Below, one piece after another: positions 59,874 through 64,000 of a stretch of 64,000 bases of DNA. The stretch is from Piromyces finnis finn (lineage: Eukaryota > Fungi > Neocallimastigomycota), in contig MCFH01000022.1 in NCBI GenBank assembly GCA_002104945.1, positions 124,001-188,000 of the forward strand, read 5' to 3'. The notes under the pieces were generated by a model, which was given only the letters and a program-made list of their open reading frames with translations, had not been told where the DNA came from and ran no database searches. Every line of letters starts with the position of its first letter. Within the stretch, counting starts at the first letter, position 1. Made by a program: the position numbers and the translations under genes.

Positions 59874-60500
59874 TGTAAGAAATAATAATTATTTGATACA
59901 TAATTAATATTTCTTAGTTAAAATCATTAATTATTAATCATTAATTAATGTTATTAATATTAGTTTATTTAAATAATTATTCTCATTTAAATTTATTTTA
60001 ATTATTTATTTTCACTTAATTTTAATATCTTAAATTACATTTAGCCATTTAATTATATTATTCATTAATATTTTATTTAATATTTTTATTAATTATATTT
60101 ATGCATTTAATTAATTAATTTAATTAATTACTTATATTTAACTTTATATTTTTATCAAATATATTTAATTATTTATTTAATTAATTACTTTAAAATAATT
60201 ATTCATTGTTTAGGAATCGATATTTTAAGGTTTTTTCCAATTTCTAAAATAATTGGTTTTACTTAAAATATACGATGATCAATATGTATAGAATGTTGAT
60301 CGAACTTTGTTTAGGTTTTTCTTCTAATCTTTTCCTAAACAAAAAATTATTTTGTTAAGATTAGATAAAATTTTAATTTAAACTTTAAATTTATTAAATA
60401 ATATAAATAAGACTCTTGATTCTCTTCTAAGGAATCAAGAGTTATTATTATAAGAAACAAATTATAATAATAAAAGTGTTTTTAATTTTATTTTACTTAA
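59874..60500 (+). repeat. J-family LTR (J6); module at 60216-60365; right end uncertain
   Basis: Starts TGTAAGAAAT; conserved module. Confidence 0.65.
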
Positions 60501-61120
60501 CTTAGTTATTGTAACGAATCTGATAAGTGTTTAATATTATCTTAATTTATAATTAAATAATTATAAAAGTGATAATATTCTTATCAATTTATATAAAAAA
60601 AAAGATTTAAAATAAATTTTTATTATAAAGTTATTTGAAATATTTTAATTCGACATAACGATTATTAACAAAATATAAAAGTTATGTTTTAAAAACACAA
60701 TTTTAAAATATATTTTTGAATCAACTCTTTATTTAATACATTTATTAAAAGTATTGATTGATTTTTAAATTAGGAAATAATTACATGTATTTATAATTTT
60801 CTTTCTGTTTTAACTTTTTAAAATAAAATATTAATATGTTTTAAAATAATAATGAATAATAAATAAAAGAAACAATTTATTTTAAAGTAATTAATTTAAT
60901 TAATATAACACTATTTTACTATTTAAAATGTTATTTATACTATGTTTATTTTATAACAAAAATATAATTTAAACTGAGTTTTAATAAATAATTTTTATAC
61001 TTTTAATTAAACATTTAAATATTATTATTATTTATTATTTATTTTTAAGTTGTTTTGAGGGTTAGTTTATATCAAGATTATAATTTCATATTTATTAATT
61101 CCAATTTATATCAAATCATA

Positions 61121-62874
61121 TGTCAAAAAGCGATTTTTTATTAAAGAAAAGTGTGGTAAGCACACTAGTTATATTAATTAATAAATATAATACGCTTTCC
61201 TATTGAAGGCGTAAAGCTAATAATATTTATATAAAGAAAATTAAATAATATTTTTATTTTAGCAATAACTTAATATCAGCATATATTAAGTTATTAAAAA
61301 TATTAAAATTTTTAAAGTTTTAGGTTTTATAGGAGTTTATAAATTTTATTAACTTTAAGTTAAAAAATTACTAACGCTAAAGCTTCGTAATTTTTGTCAA
61401 TTTTTGTTCTTTTTATACATGAACAATTTTAATTATTACATTTTTTAATTTTAATTAATTATTGTCTAATTATAAAATATTTAATTTTTATAAATTAATA
61501 ATTAATATAATTATTGTAAATAGTTAATAAATTTAAAATAAAATTTTTAATAATAAAATTTTAATAATTTTAAAAATTTAATAATTTCAAATATTAGAAG
61601 TTTTATACTTTGAAATTTTTTAATAAAAATTTAAAAAATAAATTTTTTCAAATTTTCAAATTTTCAAATTTTAAAAAAATTTTTAATTTTTGTTGAGTTT
61701 TTGGGTTTGGTTATGCGGCCAGGTCAGAATGTTATTAATTATATAGTAAAAATGTTTTTTAAGAAATTAAATTTAATTATAAAATAACACCTTAAACTCC
61801 CAAATGAAAAATGAAAAATTTATATTTACTTTAAAATAACTTTTTATAAATTTTTTATTTATTTAATAATAATAATATAAATGATATTATAAGTAACTAT
61901 ATAATTAAGATTATAACTATAATCTTTACAAAGAATTAAAATCGAATTCAATTCATTCTCTTTTATATTCTTTGTTCAGATTATTAAATTGATATTAATA
62001 AGAATAAAGTATTACATGTAATATATTAATAATATAATTAAATAAGTAATAAGATTGTTTGTTTGTTTGTTTGTTTGTCATGACATAAAATAAAATAAAC
62101 ATATGATTAATCATTTAAACAGTTGATCCTAATTAGTAATTATAAAAACTATTCAATTAATAATTTATCATTATTAATTGATATTACCATAACATATTTG
62201 TTATAATTAAATAATTATTATTTTCAAAATTATTTCTAATAAAACTTGCCGTTAACCTATTTTATAATAATTAAGATTATTTAATTTATAGGTGTTAACT
62301 GTTACACCTAAATGGGTCTAGTTCCATTTTTAGTAACAATCGTTATCATTAATTAAATTAATATAACTAAAATTCCTATTGATATATTTTTAATTTCATC
62401 AAGTCATAAGAAATATTTATGATCCATACTTGATATCATATTGATTTTAATTTACCTAATAAAATCTTTAAATGATCATAACTTCCTTAAATGATCAGTT
62501 AGAAGGACCGCGATTGTACCAAATTGTAGCTTTCTTCCTAAGCTTTCCAATAAACCTAGTTTCATCACCGTAGCACTTACAGCCGTAGCGATCGTTTTTG
62601 GCGAGTTACACCTTATTTCGTACTTGCTTATTTTTGGTTAAGGGTTATAGTGTATTGATATTAAATTTTTGAAATCATAACCCTTTCACTGAATCAAAAT
62701 TTAAAAGGTGACTTTTAAAAGTGTTTTAAAATAATTATTGAAATTATTTAATTATAATTATTATGTTTAATTAATTATAGATATTATCTGAATTTGTTTT
62801 AAATCCAGTTAATATCTTCACAATTTTTTCCATGTGTCCAAATTTTTTAAATTTTTATATATGTTATTGTGACA
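61121..62874. repeat. SO-family solo LTR with a nested E-family LTR at 61691-62822 (TSD ATTTT)
   Basis: TGTCA...GTGACA termini; homology to 36731-37146, 45186-45290 and 30323-31319. Confidence 0.8.
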
Positions 62875-62885
62875 TCATAGAAATT

Positions 62886-62964
62886 AGTAACCTGTCTTAG
62901 TGGTTAGTAACTAAGACCTTGGTTTGAACTACTCGAGTTCGAAACCTCATTAATATCTTTTTTT
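62886..62964 (+). pseudogene. Degenerate tRNA-like module, second copy, in repeat N
   Basis: TGTCTTAGTGGTTAG...GAGTTCGAAAC...T7; downstream homology 63010-63185 versus 59141-59300. Confidence 0.45.
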
Positions 62965-64000
62965 AATTATTAAAATATTTTATAACGAAATTTTACCAAA
63001 GAAGATAATTTCTGATTGGCTTAAAAAATTAAGTTGTAAAATTTTTATAAATTTACTTTTAAAAATTTTTATATAAATACGAGTGAAATTTCTCAAAAAA
63101 TTATTTTTAATTCGAGTTTTTATTAACAAAAAAATTTTATAATAAAAATAAAATTATTAAACACTAACCTGTTATAATTTTGTTAAGTGTTCAATAATAA
63201 AATTTTTATTTGCTTTTATTATTTTCCTTTTTATATATTTGTGTTTTTATTTATTGAACATTAGTTCTTTACAATAAAAACTCCTAAAATATATAATAAC
63301 ACCTTAGTGTTTAAAAAAGGAAGAATTTTTAATTTATTAAAAAATTAAGTAAGTCAGTGAAGCTTATTTTAACAATAAGGGTACTGAAAACAAAAGTAAA
63401 ACCCACAGTTATTATAAGGGGAGCGCCAGGACGCTTAATTTAATAATAAAGAAAAAATTCATTTTCTAATAAAACGTTTTCTACTTTTAATAAATAAAAT
63501 TAAATTTTATTTATTATTTTTTGAAAAATATAATAAAATAACAAAGAAGTTAGGATTCAATAACTCCCTTAGCGTGGATAGTTGGACACCTATACGTAAT
63601 ACTTTGTTGTTTAGATATTATTAATAATCGGGGAATTAAACCTATTTTTTTCTTTCCGCTTAATTAAGTAAGTGACAATAAAGAAACTAATACCGTTAAT
63701 TCCTTTTATTGAAAATTTTCATTTCCAATATTAACAATTGATAATATCTACGTTATCAACAAAGAGCTACAAGGGACCTAGTATTGAATACTAATAAAAT
63801 TAAATATTTGATGGTCCAATACTATTTAATTTGACTCTTTGTCTATATTTAAAATATTTTAATCAATAAATAATAATAAAGATTTAATTTTTTTTTTTCC
63901 TTCTTAATTTCTTCAAACATAACTTTATCTTATTTACATAATTTTTATTTTCAAACAATTATATTTTTTAATTCTAATGGAAGGACAAATATTTGATAAC

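Overview
Very AT-rich eukaryotic DNA with no host protein-coding gene detected. The composition, Asn-rich ORFs and Ty3/Gypsy content suggest an anaerobic gut fungus (Neocallimastigomycota); this is inference, and a dictyostelid is the main alternative. Three intact tRNA genes (tandem Gly-UCC/Thr-UGU and Ala-UGC) sit inside a nested mass of Ty3/Gypsy LTR retrotransposons. There are three complete elements (B 12590-20285, C 21748-29583, D 46444-51512), one running off the left edge (A), two pol relics and about 30 solo or partial LTRs. Family letters are my own labels. Main results: (1) Removing insertions by their target-site duplications shows stacks of 5-6 LTRs inserted one after another 13-21 bp upstream of tRNA-Gly and tRNA-Ala, i.e. 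Ty3/DGLT-A-like tRNA-gene targeting. (2) Two element classes coexist. One has TGATA termini, 4-bp TSDs, a tRNA-Ala PBS and no chromodomain. The other comprises chromoviruses with TGT termini, 5-bp TSDs and Tf1-like 11-nt self-priming PBSs. (3) Five diverged LTRs of one family keep a covarying RNA module: an ENE-like U-rich internal loop, a hairpin, and a telomerase-like U-rich pseudoknot. (4) Two -1 frameshift signals, an approximately 7.7-kb LTR-mediated inversion and a repeated tRNA-like Pol III module are also visible. All coordinates, alignments and folds were read by eye.
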